Assembly (NCBI GenBank): GCA_963693365.1
Contig: CAVNZM010000004.1
Location: forward strand, 2,688,389 to 2,752,388
Reading direction: 5' to 3'
DNA: 64,000 nt
From: Amoebidium appalachense
Lineage: Eukaryota > Protista > Ichthyosporea
Within the stretch, counting starts at the first letter, position 1. Each line of letters begins with the position of its first letter. Position numbers and translations under genes: made by a program. Under the pieces are notes generated by a model. The model searched no databases. It had not been told where the DNA came from and worked only from the letters and a program-made list of their open reading frames with translations. Positions 39,218 through 64,000 of the stretch are shown here, one piece after another.

Positions 39218-39439
39218 TTTATAGATCTTCCAGAGCTCATAGACACTGAGCCACCAGTAGATGATGCTATTCCCCAGCCCCCACAGCCACCGGCCCAGTT
39301 GGACTTTTGGCACACACTTGGGGCACAACCACAATCCCCACCCATGCAGTATCCATTTCTCTACCCTGCTAGCCCGAAGATGACCCAAGGACCAAATGTG
39401 AATGAAAATACGGAGGGTGGGGATGCTATGCAGAGCTGA
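39218..39439 (+). CDS. Probable terminal coding exon of an unidentified gene (possible first exon ~37523-37597)
   Basis: CAG acceptor after a pyrimidine tract, then non-repetitive FIDLPELIDTEPPVDD...GGDAMQS*. Upstream candidate MTQYTGQGGGPGTAPLDFDAEMNKL ends at a GTGAGA donor. No recognisable domain and no complete chain. Confidence 0.35.
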   Translation, partial: FIDLPELIDTEPPVDDAIPQPPQPPAQLDFWHTLGAQPQSPPMQYPFLYPASPKMTQGPNVNENTEGGDAMQS

Positions 39440-40998
39440 AGAGGACGGATATATTTGAGTGTATGTGTTGTGGAGGGTGGTGGTGGATGCGGGATATGCG
39501 GGAGGGGAAGAGGGGAAGGGGGGGGGGGGGATTGAGGGAGAGATAGCATAGGCGGATGTGAGCGCTTGTTGGGCTGGTGTGCGTGCATGCATGTGTGATG
39601 TCTTTTAATGCTCATTAGACATGCCAGCATGTGTGTGTGTGGCTATGTGCATGTGTTTACTTGAGCATGAATTGCATGTGTGTGTGGGTATCATCAGGGT
39701 ATGTGCATGTGCGGATACATAAATGTGTGTGTGTGTGTGGCTATGCCCATGTGCGCATAGGTGCTACTGTATGTATATTTATGTAATGTGGCCCGCATGT
39801 GTCCTATTTTTCTGTTCTAGCTTTTCATACTCCGGGGATGGGATGGTTCACTGAGACGAATTCGCCACACAGGCCAGATAATGACTCCATGTCTCCCTCA
39901 AGTCTCAACCCTTTTTTGGACGCGTTCAAGGTGATTTTCTCAGCAACACCAACGAGAAAGTGGGCACCAACTGGTAGCCAATCATCACCCTTCCCGGGGC
40001 TCTTCACTTGCACGTACACGTTTAGGCACATGGGTCCACATCAATGCTGCTCCTAACTTAGATTGGGTTCTGAAGAGAGAGAGGGGGGGGGGGGGGGGGG
40101 GGGATCAGCCTACTAGTAGCCTTGAATGTACCAACGAGTTGGTATTTTTTTGTTGGTGGATCTATTCTTTTTTCAAAGTGTGATGGCTATGGTTTCCAAT
40201 CTTGTTTTCTCACCACAAAGTGTGGGAGTCTTGGACTATGCAAGGTTTCGTTGATATGTACATATTATGGTTGAGCCACTTACAATGTGACTGTTTGCCT
40301 ACACTACGCAAATTTGCCACCACTAGCACGCATGTATACCATGTCTTCGAAGGTAATGATATCTTTTTATTCTTCGAATATTTGTCAATAATATCGTTCG
40401 GCAGTTTTTTAGTGTGTGTGTTTCCCACAATCGAAGGACTGATGTACCAGACCTCTATCAATGAATAAAGTACTGTACCTGCTGTGTGCATGTGAGTAAC
40501 AGGCCCTGTGTACGTGACATCACACTTGTGCTAAGAATATCAGCGAATTTAAAACTTGTGTCAATATTTGGGGGGGGCGGGCGGGAGGGGGGGGGGATGT
40601 GCTGTTATCAACATGTATGCGAGCTGTGATGATGTGTCGGCACCGTGGCTAATTTGCAACAGTTCTTCCACCCTACAAGATACACATGTCGAAAACGACG
40701 TTACAATTATACGAATTATATGTGGAGATATAAAGTACAAGATATACATCCTTACGTGTTTTTTTCCTGGAATTGCCCCTGCATGTGTTTGTGTGTGCCA
40801 CGTCACCGACATTCGATCAAGACCACATTCACACCCACGTGCAGGCTGCAGACATGCAGTAGCGTAAAATATATCTGAGCTCATTTGGAATGTTGCACTT
40901 TCGGTCACCGTGTAAACTCAGAGTCAGATACGATGGGACATGTTTCTAGCCTCAGGTCGCTGCAGTTTTTTATTTTTTTTTCTTTTCCCTCCGCCGGG

Positions 40999-41050
<52 letters not shown>

Positions 41051-41220
41051 GGGGGGGGGGGGGGGGGGGGGGGGGTCTGGAACCGACAGTCCGCGATATC
41101 AAGTGGTCGTTACCGTTTTTTTTTTGTTTTTTTTTTAAAAAAAATTAATTTGGGTGTGTGTGTGTGTGTGTGTGCATGTGCGTGCATGCCGGGGGGGCGC
41201 GTGCGTGCGTGAGTGAGTGA

Positions 41221-41260
<40 letters not shown>

Positions 41261-41390
41261 CTGTGTGTGTGTGTGTGTGTGTGTACGCGTGTGTTTACGA
41301 GGGGGGAGGAAGGGGGGGGGGGGGGGGGGGGGGGGGTGAGAGGGGAGGGGTCGTTCTGAAATTTATATAGTCACATCAAGTGGTGGGGGT

Positions 41391-41448
<58 letters not shown>

Positions 41449-41450
41449 GG

Positions 41451-41560
<110 letters not shown>

Positions 41561-41584
41561 TTTTTTTGGGGGGGGGGGGTGGGG

Positions 41585-42104
41585 TGTTCTGGAACCTACA
41601 GCCACATAATGCAAGTGCTGGTAGCTGTATTTTTTCTTTCTTTTTTTTTTCTGTGTGGGTGTGGGTGTGGGTCTGGGTGGTTGGGTGGATTGGGGGAAGA
41701 GGGGGGGGGGGGGGGGGGGGGGGGGGTAAAGGACCTGCTGTCACATCAAGTGGTGGTGGTGGTGTTTCTTTTATTTCATTTTTTTTTTATCTTTTTTGTG
41801 TGTACATGTGTGTGGGGGGTTTACGCTGTTTACTCGAGGCAAAGAGAGACCAGTCTCAGGTATGGGGGGTTTTTGCTCGGAATATCCCCTCAGCGGTATA
41901 TCATGATCACGTACATAGATGTCGGGTGATGACTATATATCAGGGTTTACTTTCTCTACGAGACACCATAAAGACTAAGATAAATCAATTAGTTGGGGAT
42001 CCCCGTTTTTTATTTTTTTTATTTTTTATTTTTTTTACATTTTTTATTTTTTTATTTTATTTTATTTTTTTGGGGCTCCCCTGGGACACTCGGTATCAGC
42101 TGGT

Positions 42105-42178
<74 letters not shown>

Positions 42179-42240
42179 CGTGCGGTTAGAATTTTTTTTT
42201 TCTTTTTTTTTTTCTTTTTTTTTTTTTTTTGGGGGGGGGG

Positions 42241-42320
<80 letters not shown>

Positions 42321-42485
42321 TGTTTGTTTTTTTTTTTTTTTTTTTTTTTTTTTTTGGGGGGGGGGGGGGGTTGTTCTGGAACCTACAGCCACATAATGCA
42401 AGTGCTGGTAGCTGTATTTTTTCTTTCTTTTTTTTTTCTGTGTGGGTGTGGGTCTGGGTCTGGGTGGTTGGGTGGATTGGGGGAA

Positions 42486-42527
<42 letters not shown>

Positions 42528-42907
42528 AAAGGACCTGCTGTCACATCAAGTGGTGGTGGTGGTGTTTCTTTTATTTCAAAGTTTTTTTTATCTTTTTTGT
42601 GTGTACATGTGTGTGTGGGGTTTACGCTGTTTACTCGAGGCAAAGAGAGACCAGTCTCAGGTATGGGGGGTTTTTGCTCGGAATATCCCCTCAGCGGTTT
42701 ATCATGATCACGTACATAGATGTCGGGTGATGACTATATATCAGGGTTTACTTTCTCTACGAGACACCATAAAGACTAAGATAAATCAATTAGTTGGGGA
42801 TCCCCGTTTTTTATTTTTTTTATTTTTTATTTTTTTTACATTTTTTATTTTTTTTATTTTTTTTTATTTTTTTTGGGGCTCCCCTGGGACACTCGGTATC
42901 AGCTGGT

Positions 42908-42989
<82 letters not shown>

Positions 42990-43004
42990 TGCGGTTAGAA
43001 TTTT
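41585..43004. repeat. Tandem duplication with ~800-bp period, downstream (minus strand) of the RT element
   Basis: 41585-42195 and 42372-43004 are near-identical in unique parts and differ in microsatellite and homopolymer lengths. Confidence 0.9.
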
Positions 43005-44405
43005 GTAGTGATGTGTTTCTCAAGCCAATCAATACATCTAATAAACAGGTCGTAGTTACGCGTGTTTAGTATAAAATCAAGGATGTTGTAATTTACAGGT
43101 AGGCTATTTTTCTGGGTGTCTGTTGTGAATGTGACGTGTGTGTGTTGCGGTATTATGTGGTCTATCAAACTACATTTGGCGATACATGACCGTTCAAACT
43201 GGTGTGTGTGTGTGTTGTTTGGGCATGCAAACGATGCCACCTTATGCCATGCAAACGCCGGATACCACCTTATACTTATTAGATCTCCACTGTATAGCAC
43301 GTGTACAGTAAAAGCGTGGTAATTGATCAATAATACCATCAGCTAGAGAAAGGCCAGTTCTACAGGAAGGTAATCATTGTATTTAGGTGTTATACATTTG
43401 CGAGTGCCATATTTGGCAATATGGTTGAGGCGGTCAGTATATATAAAACGAGACATAAGACTTAGGTTTTTAAGGTGTCTGCTTTCATCGGGTCTAGTGT
43501 CGTGTGGTATCTTTTTCCATTTGTTATATTGCGTGATTATCTTGTGATTGTGTACATGTTTAATAAGTAAGTGGCAGTGTAAAGTCACACACACACTTTT
43601 GCGGGGTTTATTTGTATTTGTACCCAGGGGGGAAGGGGAAAGAGAGGGAAGGAAAGAGGGGAGAGGTGAGGAGGGGACAGGTCGGATAGAGAAGAGATGG
43701 TGGGAGGGCAAATACTTCTTTAAGCGGCTTATGTGCTTATTGAATTTCAGCGCGAGATAGGATACTCTAGCAGCTATTGGGACCAGACCATATATCGAGA
43801 GCGTTACAGGCCCAGGTTTACAACAGTTGTTAGATAGAAAGGAGGCAACTTCTGCTTCAAGGAAATTTGCCAAGGGTTTAAGCGCTCTAGTTCTCTCTTT
43901 CTTGATCCAAGCGGCGAGAAGGGATAAACCATATTCACATGCCGGGAAGACAAAAGTGCGAATAAATGTAAGTCTAATAGAAGGATGGAGGGGTGTGTCT
44001 TTAAAAATATTAGCCGAGAAGAAAGCTAACCGCTTACGAGCCAACTCTACCCTCTTTTCGACCATATGGGAAAACATAACACCAGCAGAATTAACCGGAA
44101 CACCAAGATATTTGTATTCTGGAACTATAGGTACAGGTTTAGATGATAATGTAAATGTGTGTAAATTGTTAGCTATATCAGGTACAAGAACACCACATTT
44201 GTCTATGTTAAGGATCATAAGGTTTGCCTTGCACCACTCTCACACTACATCGAACAATCTTTGCAGGCGTCTAGGGGTACGGGCAAGGAGGGACAGATCA
44301 TCAGCATAGAGAAGTGCAGGCGGAAAGTTATTAATAGGGTCATCGTTTTCGGCATAAATCTTGACAGCCAAATCATCTATAAATAGGTTAAACAAAAAGG
44401 GGCTA

Positions 44406-44407
<2 letters not shown>
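42995..44407 (-). pseudogene. Decayed, 5'-truncated non-LTR (LINE-type) retrotransposon: reverse transcriptase C-terminal half
   Basis: LSPFLFNLFIDDL, LLYADD, LNIDKC and YKYLG motifs. In-frame TGA at 44240-42 joins the 44240..44593 and 43343..44218 ORFs. Frameshifted tail AIQWRSN...C...FERS...C...YNILDFILN to a stop at 42995. The 5' end breaks into (TC)n just before LSP. Confidence 0.88.
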
Positions 44408-44459
<52 letters not shown>

Positions 44460-44702
44460 TGTGTGTGTGTGTGTGTGAGTTTGTTTGTGTGTGTGTGTGT
44501 GTGTGTGTTTGGGGGGGAGAAGCGGGGAGGGGAGGGGAGGGGGGGGAGGGGAGAAGGAGGAGGAGGGGGAGGGGGCGGGGGAACTACAGTCACATCTGTT
44601 TCAAGTTGTGCACGTGTTTTTTTTTGTGTGCATGTGTGTGTGTGTACATGTGTTTGTGTGTGTGTTTGTGTGTGTGTTTGTGTGTGTGTGTTTGTGTGTG
44701 TG

Positions 44703-44776
<74 letters not shown>

Positions 44777-44873
44777 TGTGTTTGGGGGGGAGAGGGTGGG
44801 GGGGGGAGAGAGAGTGGGGGGGGGGGGGGGGGGTTCTGGAACCTACAGTCACATGAAGTGGTGATGGTGCTTT

Positions 44874-44933
<60 letters not shown>

Positions 44934-45011
44934 TGTGCGCGCGCGCCTGCGGTGGGAGTGGGATGGGGGAGGGCAGTGGGGGTGGGGTTGGGGGGTGTGT
45001 GTGGGGCCTGT

Positions 45012-45050
<39 letters not shown>

Positions 45051-45831
45051 GGGGGGGTGCTGGAACCTACAGTCACATTAAGTGGTGGTGGTGGTGTTTT
45101 TATTTTATTTTTTCACCTTTGTGTTTGTGTGTGTGTTGTGTCTCTGTGTGTGCATGTGTGTTGGTGGAGGGAGGGAGGGGGGGGGATGACACATCTCTGA
45201 CTCCAATATGACAAGGTGGCCTCGTTTCCAAATTTGAACCAATTTTTATGGCCTACATTTACTGAGATAATAGTTACGTAAATATTGCAGATACGGCATT
45301 CAGATATGTCCTGGACGCATATATTAATGGCAGGAGTGATATTCGTCTGATGTAATTGGTGTCACCTATTTGGAATAACTTTCGATAAACTGGTTTTAAA
45401 AAATACCACAAGAATAACAATAACACATGGCAATAGGCACTAAAAAGATATTACGGCCCTGTTACACATGCACATGCATGTACCTTATTCTCTTGCCTTA
45501 TGAGGTTATGACCTATTCCTATTATCTAACAGGTTACATGCCACTGTATACACGCGCAAGGCGGGAACCATGCCAACCCCGAATTTGCCCAAGGTAACAG
45601 GAATTAGCATTTTATGACTCTGTGTGGACTAAACACACTAATAAGAATATTAGGCTCGTGTACTAGATAAATTGTTGGATTATGAATGAAAAGAGAGGAC
45701 AAATTTTAGGTCCCCCTATGCCTCTAACTACATTAGCGCTATACACAAATATAAGTCGATGTTGCAGGCCTTTTTCCTGCCTATGAAACTCGCTTATACT
45801 CGTTCACACCACGCATAAAAAGAGTAAATAT

Positions 45832-57767
<11,936 letters not shown>

Positions 57768-59584
57768 CTGAGGGCATATACGAGGATTTTTCAGGGTGGT
57801 GTTTGCCAATTTTAGTTTCATTTATTCGAGCATTGAAAGTTTGGTAATCAAGCGGTGATGGTACTGGAATGTCTTGCCCTGGGCCCAGCCTGATACAGAA
57901 CCGAGGAGCCTCACCACTCAGTAACTGTAAGCTTCTTAGAAAATCATTGCTTGAATCATTATGAATTGATGTACTGTTAAGATATTACTAGTACTATTAA
58001 CTTGAACCCTTAGTACCACGCTGTTGTCAGTCCCGCACAGAATTTATTGCGGCAGGAATCCAATGTTCTAAAAGTTGTAACAGCTTCCTAGGCTAGAGCG
58101 AATCTCAGTTGGACAGTCACACCGTGAGGCCGGTCCGGGTGAACAGGAAGGAGCTCCGAGCAACTTCTCACGGCAGGGGTCACGGTTGATGATCACCGTC
58201 GACCCCTGATCACTGACTTGAACTGTTGCGAAGCAATTAGGGTTCTTGTGGCACTAACACCTCAACACTATGTTTGCAAGCGGGTACTTTGCCACAGTAT
58301 CAGGCTGTCATACACACACAAAACTTTAGGCCGATGACTGGTGACAACCGTGCGGATCGATATCTTTTGTAGGCCTGAGAGGAGCATTTTTGGGTGTTTC
58401 TGTGTGAACGAGAATTTTCTCGAGTGGGCACAAATTCATGTCACTGGCTGCATTTGATTGGCTGTGCTGGAAAACGCAGTAGGCCGTCGAATGTGGCTGG
58501 GCCTCCGGCAATGTCCACGCAATAAAAAGTGTGTAAACCCCATATATATATACCGACTGAGCATGGGTGTGCCTACCAGATTAGAATAGATTATATATAA
58601 ACCAAATAGAAAGTCGGAAGTGGCACACCGTCGCGAACGTCTGATTCATGTTCGGGTTGTTTGGGGGCTAAAAAAATGCTCCTGAAAAACGCTTGATATG
58701 CACTTCATTAATATAATTCTAAATTAATGCCTAGAAAAAATAAACCTCCGTTTGGCTAATTTCTCAGAAATTAAGCCCTTAGGATACTTCAGGTTGGGGA
58801 GCATGCTCGCATCGGTTCCAATTTAACTAATTTTAAACCCCGAAGCACGCCGAATGGTTTGCCTGACATTGGGAATGGAATTTGAGGTTGCCTGACACTG
58901 AAATGTAAAAATTTAGATTGAAATAATTGGCTTAGACCGCATCATTTTAAATTCCGGATAGGTATAACAATGACATTATCCTGTCAGCATTGGGTGACGA
59001 GATAGAATGTCTCTGAAAAACACAAATTTTCAGCCATTGAGATAGCCATAAGCATCGACATTTTTCGCCCTTTGGCTCACTTCAAAGTTCACTGAAAACA
59101 AGTACATTTGGATATAACTAGAACAATTTATCAGGAGAAGAAGATTCACGGCTGGGCTTTCAAAATTTTCACGGTTTACACTGAGACGCGTGAGCAATGC
59201 GCATGGTGCGTGCACAGCTGCAGCGTCTTCCAGCCCATCCCCGATTAGGAGGGACTCCAGCAGTTGGGCCCAGATGCGCCTGGAAGGCTGTCGAACAGTC
59301 CGTGTGCGCCTGTGGCACTTGTTGGAACTTCGTGGAGTCTTAGTAACACCCTGCTGGCAGAGTCTTCCGAGTTTCGGGAAAGCCTTGGTTGCAACCGTCA
59401 TCACACATAGCCTTGTAGCTCGGGCCGCCGGGCGGCCGGGGTCCGACTCTGGCAGCTGCAGGCTTTGGCAACGGCGTCACTCGGAGGGCCCTTTGGAGTC
59501 GGACTCCCGCAGTGCTGGGCAACGGCTAGCCCCTTGGGACGTGAGACACAGATTCTGAGAGAGGGACGGACGGCCCCGGGACAA

Positions 59585-59838
59585 GAGAGAGACACGAGAG
59601 AGAGAGAGAGAGAGCCTCGGAGAGAGAGACTCTGAAAGACAGAGACCCATGCTCGGACAGAGGCAGAGAGAGAGAGAGAGAGCGAGAGAGAGAGGGAGAG
59701 AGACTGAGAGAGAGAGAGAGAGAGCGCGCTGGGGGCTGAGAGAGAGAGTCTCCGGTCAGAGAGGCTCTGAGAGAGTGGGAGGGGGGAAGGGGAGGGGGGA
59801 GGGGGGAGGGGGGGGAGAGAGAGAGATAGACTACTTCG

Positions 59839-59889
<51 letters not shown>

Positions 59890-59996
59890 AGAGAGAAACT
59901 TTGAGAGGAGAACGGGGGAACCCGGCAGAGGGGGGAGATAGACTACTTAGTAGAGAGAGAGAGAGAGAGAGCCTCGGAGAGAGAGAGACTCGGGGG

Positions 59997-60040
<44 letters not shown>

Positions 60041-60348
60041 AGAGGGAGAGAGAGAGTCTCAGAGCGGGCCGGGGCCGGGGGGGGAAGAGAGATAGAGAGA
60101 GTTGAGAGAGAGGGAGAGTCTTGAGAGAAATTCTTGAGAGAGAGGGAGAGGGAGAGAGAGTGCGAGAGAGAGGGAGCCTCGGGAGAGAGACAGAGAGGGA
60201 GAGAGGGAGAGAGACAGAGGGACCGAGGGAGAGACAGAGAGGGAGGGGGAGAGAGAGGGAGGGAGGGGGGGGAGGGGGAGAGGGAGAGATCGATGAGAGC
60301 CTCGGGGGGAGGAAGGGGGGGGGGGGGGGGGGGGGGGGGGGGGAGGGG

Positions 60349-60379
<31 letters not shown>

Positions 60380-60483
60380 AGAGAGAGAGAAGAGAAAGAG
60401 AGAGAGAGAGTCTCAGGGTGAGAGAGAGAGAAGAGAGAAAGAGAGAGACAGAGGGGGGGGGGGGGGGGGGGGAGAGGGGGGGG

Positions 60484-60550
<67 letters not shown>

Positions 60551-60572
60551 AGACAGACAGACAGAGAGAGAG
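59585..60572. repeat. ~1-kb purine-rich degenerate (GA)n tract
   Basis: Directly visible, with recurring interruptions GAGCCTCGG, GAGTCTC and GATAGACTACTT. Confidence 0.9.
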
Positions 60573-61141
60573 ACCCGGCGGTCACTGTTCTGATCAGGTG
60601 TTTGGACTGACTCGAACTATGATAGTGGTACAGCTGCTGCCATCCCGCTGTGATGCCGACAGCTCATTATTTGAACTTGTGACCTGAGTCAGCTCCAGTC
60701 ACTGCAGGCAAGTTCAGGGGACTCCGCGAGGTTTGCCAAGTAATTGAATAGGTCTGTTACTAAGTTAATAAAATTTAGTAACCGCTACACTGTCAAAACT
60801 CGGTAGACTAAGTGACTGTCCGTGTGTATCAAGGCCTCCTCAAACTCCTAAAAGGAGTGCTAATTGGGAGGCCTTGGTGTGTATCTGAGTAACGGTACAA
60901 ACTGGTTCTGCCAACCACCTTCAACCGGCGGTCAATTCACGCATTGAAAATCTCAGAAACGTGTGTAGACCTAGCAGTATCAACTGTTCATTCATCGACG
61001 ACCATGTGTGCCTTGCGGTAGCCTTACGTAGAGCAAAAGTGGTGTGTAAGCGAGTGCGTGACCATATAAAGAGGGTTTTACGTAATAATATGGTGTCACA
61101 GTGCGACAGCGTGTGCGTAACTATGAAACTTTGTGCACATG

Positions 61142-61225
61142 AACACTGACAGATGGACATATAACGAGTATACGAGGGGCCAGAACACTGACAGATGGAC
61201 ATATAACGAGTATACGAGGGGCCAG
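61142..61225. repeat. ~42-bp tandem duplication
   Basis: AACACTGACAGATGGACATATAACGAGTATACGAGGGGCCAG twice. Confidence 0.9.
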
Positions 61226-61468
61226 GCCACTCACTCATTCCTGAGTATCATAGCTGCTGCAGTTGCATTGCTCACACACCGTGCCATCTTGGCGGGACCC
61301 AGGCCACCCGGGTTTCCACTGCCACAAGTGGTGTACCCCGACGAAGTCCGACTGAGGGTACCCCGGAGCAATTTCGACCACCTCAGAGGATCCGACGGTC
61401 AAGTTGAACTCTTGGAGTCGTTCATGGCATTGCATAATATCATATAACATCACTGAAAACATTCGCCA

Positions 61469-63411
<1,943 letters not shown>

Positions 63412-63867
63412 CTGATGCAGGTCAGATCTGTGTGGTGTGGAGTGTTAGCGACTTGGTCGATGTTTATTCCGGAATCATTTATATGGCTATTGGTTTTGTC
63501 TAAAAGAGACTATTGCTCCATTAATGTGAGGGAAGCGAGGGAGGGAGGGAGGGAGGGGGGTGGATGGGGTGGGGGTGGTGGGGTATGGGGGCTGTGGGGG
63601 GGGGGGGGGGGGAGGGGGGGGGGGGGGGAGGGATTACATTGACCTATATGTGTGTGATCAGGGAAGCTTTGTAAACTTGAGACTGGCCAAAGAGTAACTG
63701 TGGTTTGGCATGAAAAGGATTATCATAGTGCTAGGAAATTTTGACAGTATCAGTGGGATAAAGGTGTTGGCCCAAGGAAAGGTTTGGGGTATGTGCCGAT
63801 GGGTGGGTGACTGCGTTAGATGGGCTTGGGGAGGCGCATAGGTGTGTGGGGTTGTGTGTCACGCCAA

Positions 63868-63915
<48 letters not shown>

Positions 63916-64000
63916 GGAAGGAGAAGGGGAGAGGGGAGCGGGAGCGGGAGCGGAAGGTGGGGGAGGGGGGGGGGGGGGGGGGGGGGGAGGGGGGAGTAAC

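Noticed and set aside
59030-59595. GC-rich ORFs of 120-125 aa on both strands
   Set aside because: No recognisable domain and no splice chain could be built; could be an exon, but unsupported.

Overview
Eukaryotic nuclear DNA, intron-rich and saturated with simple repeats (poly-C/G, (CA)n, (GA)n). Nearly all short ORFs in the supplied track are microsatellite translations. Reading exons by hand gives these genes: a possible VHS-like 5' end (minus, ~2.2 kb); a ~25-kb, ~30-exon RUN + PH-like + TBC Rab-GAP gene (6784-32012, +); a two-exon CKS1 (34810-35738, +); a multi-exon HLH-PAS-PAS gene apparently lacking a basic region (45832-57767, -); and the 3' exons of CCDC84/CENATAC (61469-63411+, -). 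Mobile DNA includes an intronless piggyBac-family transposase with an intact DDD triad and an N-terminal Tudor-like extension (3622-5655), a decayed 5'-truncated non-LTR RT element inside a motif-plus-microsatellite array (41-45 kb), and a MITE whose ends read GT...AG. The most striking signal is a dispersed ~250-350 bp element in at least 8 copies. It has variable 5' ends, a constant 3' end running into poly(C), stems that co-vary between two subfamilies, and strict sense orientation inside introns. The gene set and the animal-type CKS suggest a unicellular holozoan; this is inference, not proven. Exon chains were built by eye from GT-AG sites and phase matching, and homopolymer lengths may be assembly-distorted.
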